A stretch of DNA of 46,236 nt from a virus (Duplodnaviria; Caudoviricetes): positions 1 to 46,236 of the IMG/VR virus record IMGVR_UViG_3300035180_002546; one strand, given 5' to 3'. Position 1 is the first letter of the stretch. Each line of letters begins with the position of its first letter. Of the stretch, positions 45,578 to 46,236 are shown one piece after another. The notes beneath the pieces are model-generated. The model saw only the letters and a list, made by a program, of their open reading frames with translations. It searched no databases and was not told the DNA's origin. Made by a program: the position numbers and the translations under genes.

Positions 45578-46236
45578 TGGAAACACCCATAGTTAGTCCA
45601 GAAGAGATAGAGATATTCAAAGGGATGCAAAAATCATCCCTCTATTTCGTCCTCTTGATGTGGAAGTTACGTCCACAACCAGTAAAGAAAGAAAAAGAAG
45701 CTGAGTTTAATGCCATGATCTCTCTCAATGGAGAGTACTGGGAGGGCGCAAAACTCTTGATCAAAGCTGATTGGTTTGAGCCGTTTGTCAAAGGCAAACA
45801 TATTACGTGGCAACAACACTTAATTCTCCTCTCAGTGGATAAGGCAATGAGCGGAAAAGCAAGTCGAAAGATCTCTATTGCTTCTGGGCACGGAATTGGA
45901 AAGTCGGGATGTCTTGCATGGATCATCCTCTGGTTTCTCTTTTGCTTTTTTGAAGCTCAGGTCCCCTGTACTGCCCCTACTGCCGATCAAATGTATGACG
46001 TCTTGTGGAAGGAATTGAACTTGTGGATTGGGAAAATGCCCGACGGTATTCGTGAGAAATACGATTGGCAAACAAGTTATGTACGTATGGCAGATAGCCC
46101 CGAGACGTGGTTTGCGCGTGCAAAGACTGCTTCAAAGGAGAATTCAGAAGCACTTGCGGGAGTCCACGCGGAATACGTCTTAACAGTTGCTGACGAAGCA
46201 TCTGGTGTCCCCGAACAGATTTTCAACACCGCAGAA
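45577..46236 (+). CDS. terL: Terminase large subunit, 5' part (runs off the window end and continues at base 128)
   Basis: METPIVSPEE..ITWQQ..ISIASGHGIGKS (Walker A)..CTAPTADQ..; open to the end of the window. Confidence 0.95.
   Translation, partial: METPIVSPEEIEIFKGMQKSSLYFVLLMWKLRPQPVKKEKEAEFNAMISLNGEYWEGAKLLIKADWFEPFVKGKHITWQQHLILLSVDKAMSGKASRKISIASGHGIGKSGCLAWIILWFLFCFFEAQVPCTAPTADQMYDVLWKELNLWIGKMPDGIREKYDWQTSYVRMADSPETWFARAKTASKENSEALAGVHAEYVLTVADEASGVPEQIFNTAE

Noticed and set aside
46110-46236. 127-bp end repeat as a biological terminal repeat
   Set aside because: It falls mid-terL and equals a common k-mer length, so it indicates circular or permuted assembly only.
1-46236. tRNA genes, integrase/att site, stop-codon reassignment
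   Set aside because: I saw no cloverleaf with a T-loop consensus and no recombinase motifs, and known proteins end properly at TAA, TAG or TGA. tRNAscan and HMM searches were not run.

Overview
The window is an apparently complete, circularly assembled tailed-phage genome of about 46.1 kb; bases 1-127 repeat exactly at 46110-46236, inside terL. It has a podovirus-like (P22-type) layout on the + strand: terS, terL, a cold-shock protein, portal, head genes, major capsid, fibre and tail proteins, and ejection proteins including a 2306-aa polyvalent protein. These are followed by a lysis module invaded by an HNH endonuclease, a non-coding DnaA-box cluster, small accessory genes (two decayed methyltransferases), a NinG-like gene and recA. 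I recognise no integrase, repressor, polymerase, primase, helicase or initiator. AT-rich, SD-less starts and small KGG-like and HNH-like genes suggest a Patescibacteria/CPR-type host (inference). A 3.4-kb IS1595-family element with 24-bp inverted repeats and no target duplication interrupts a DUF1064 gene. Its cargo holds the most unusual signals: a minus-strand RNA whose three long helices are ordered X-Y-Z-X'-Y'-Z', and a C4/CI-like antisense switch over the start codon of a 4-TM protein. Other candidates are structured RNAs before terS and before the capsid genes, an oriC-like locus, an HNH insertion that rebuilds the 5' end of its target gene, a -1 frameshift that could fuse two lysins, and signal peptides on tail-module proteins. 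All calls come from reading the sequence by eye; no searches or folding programs were run.
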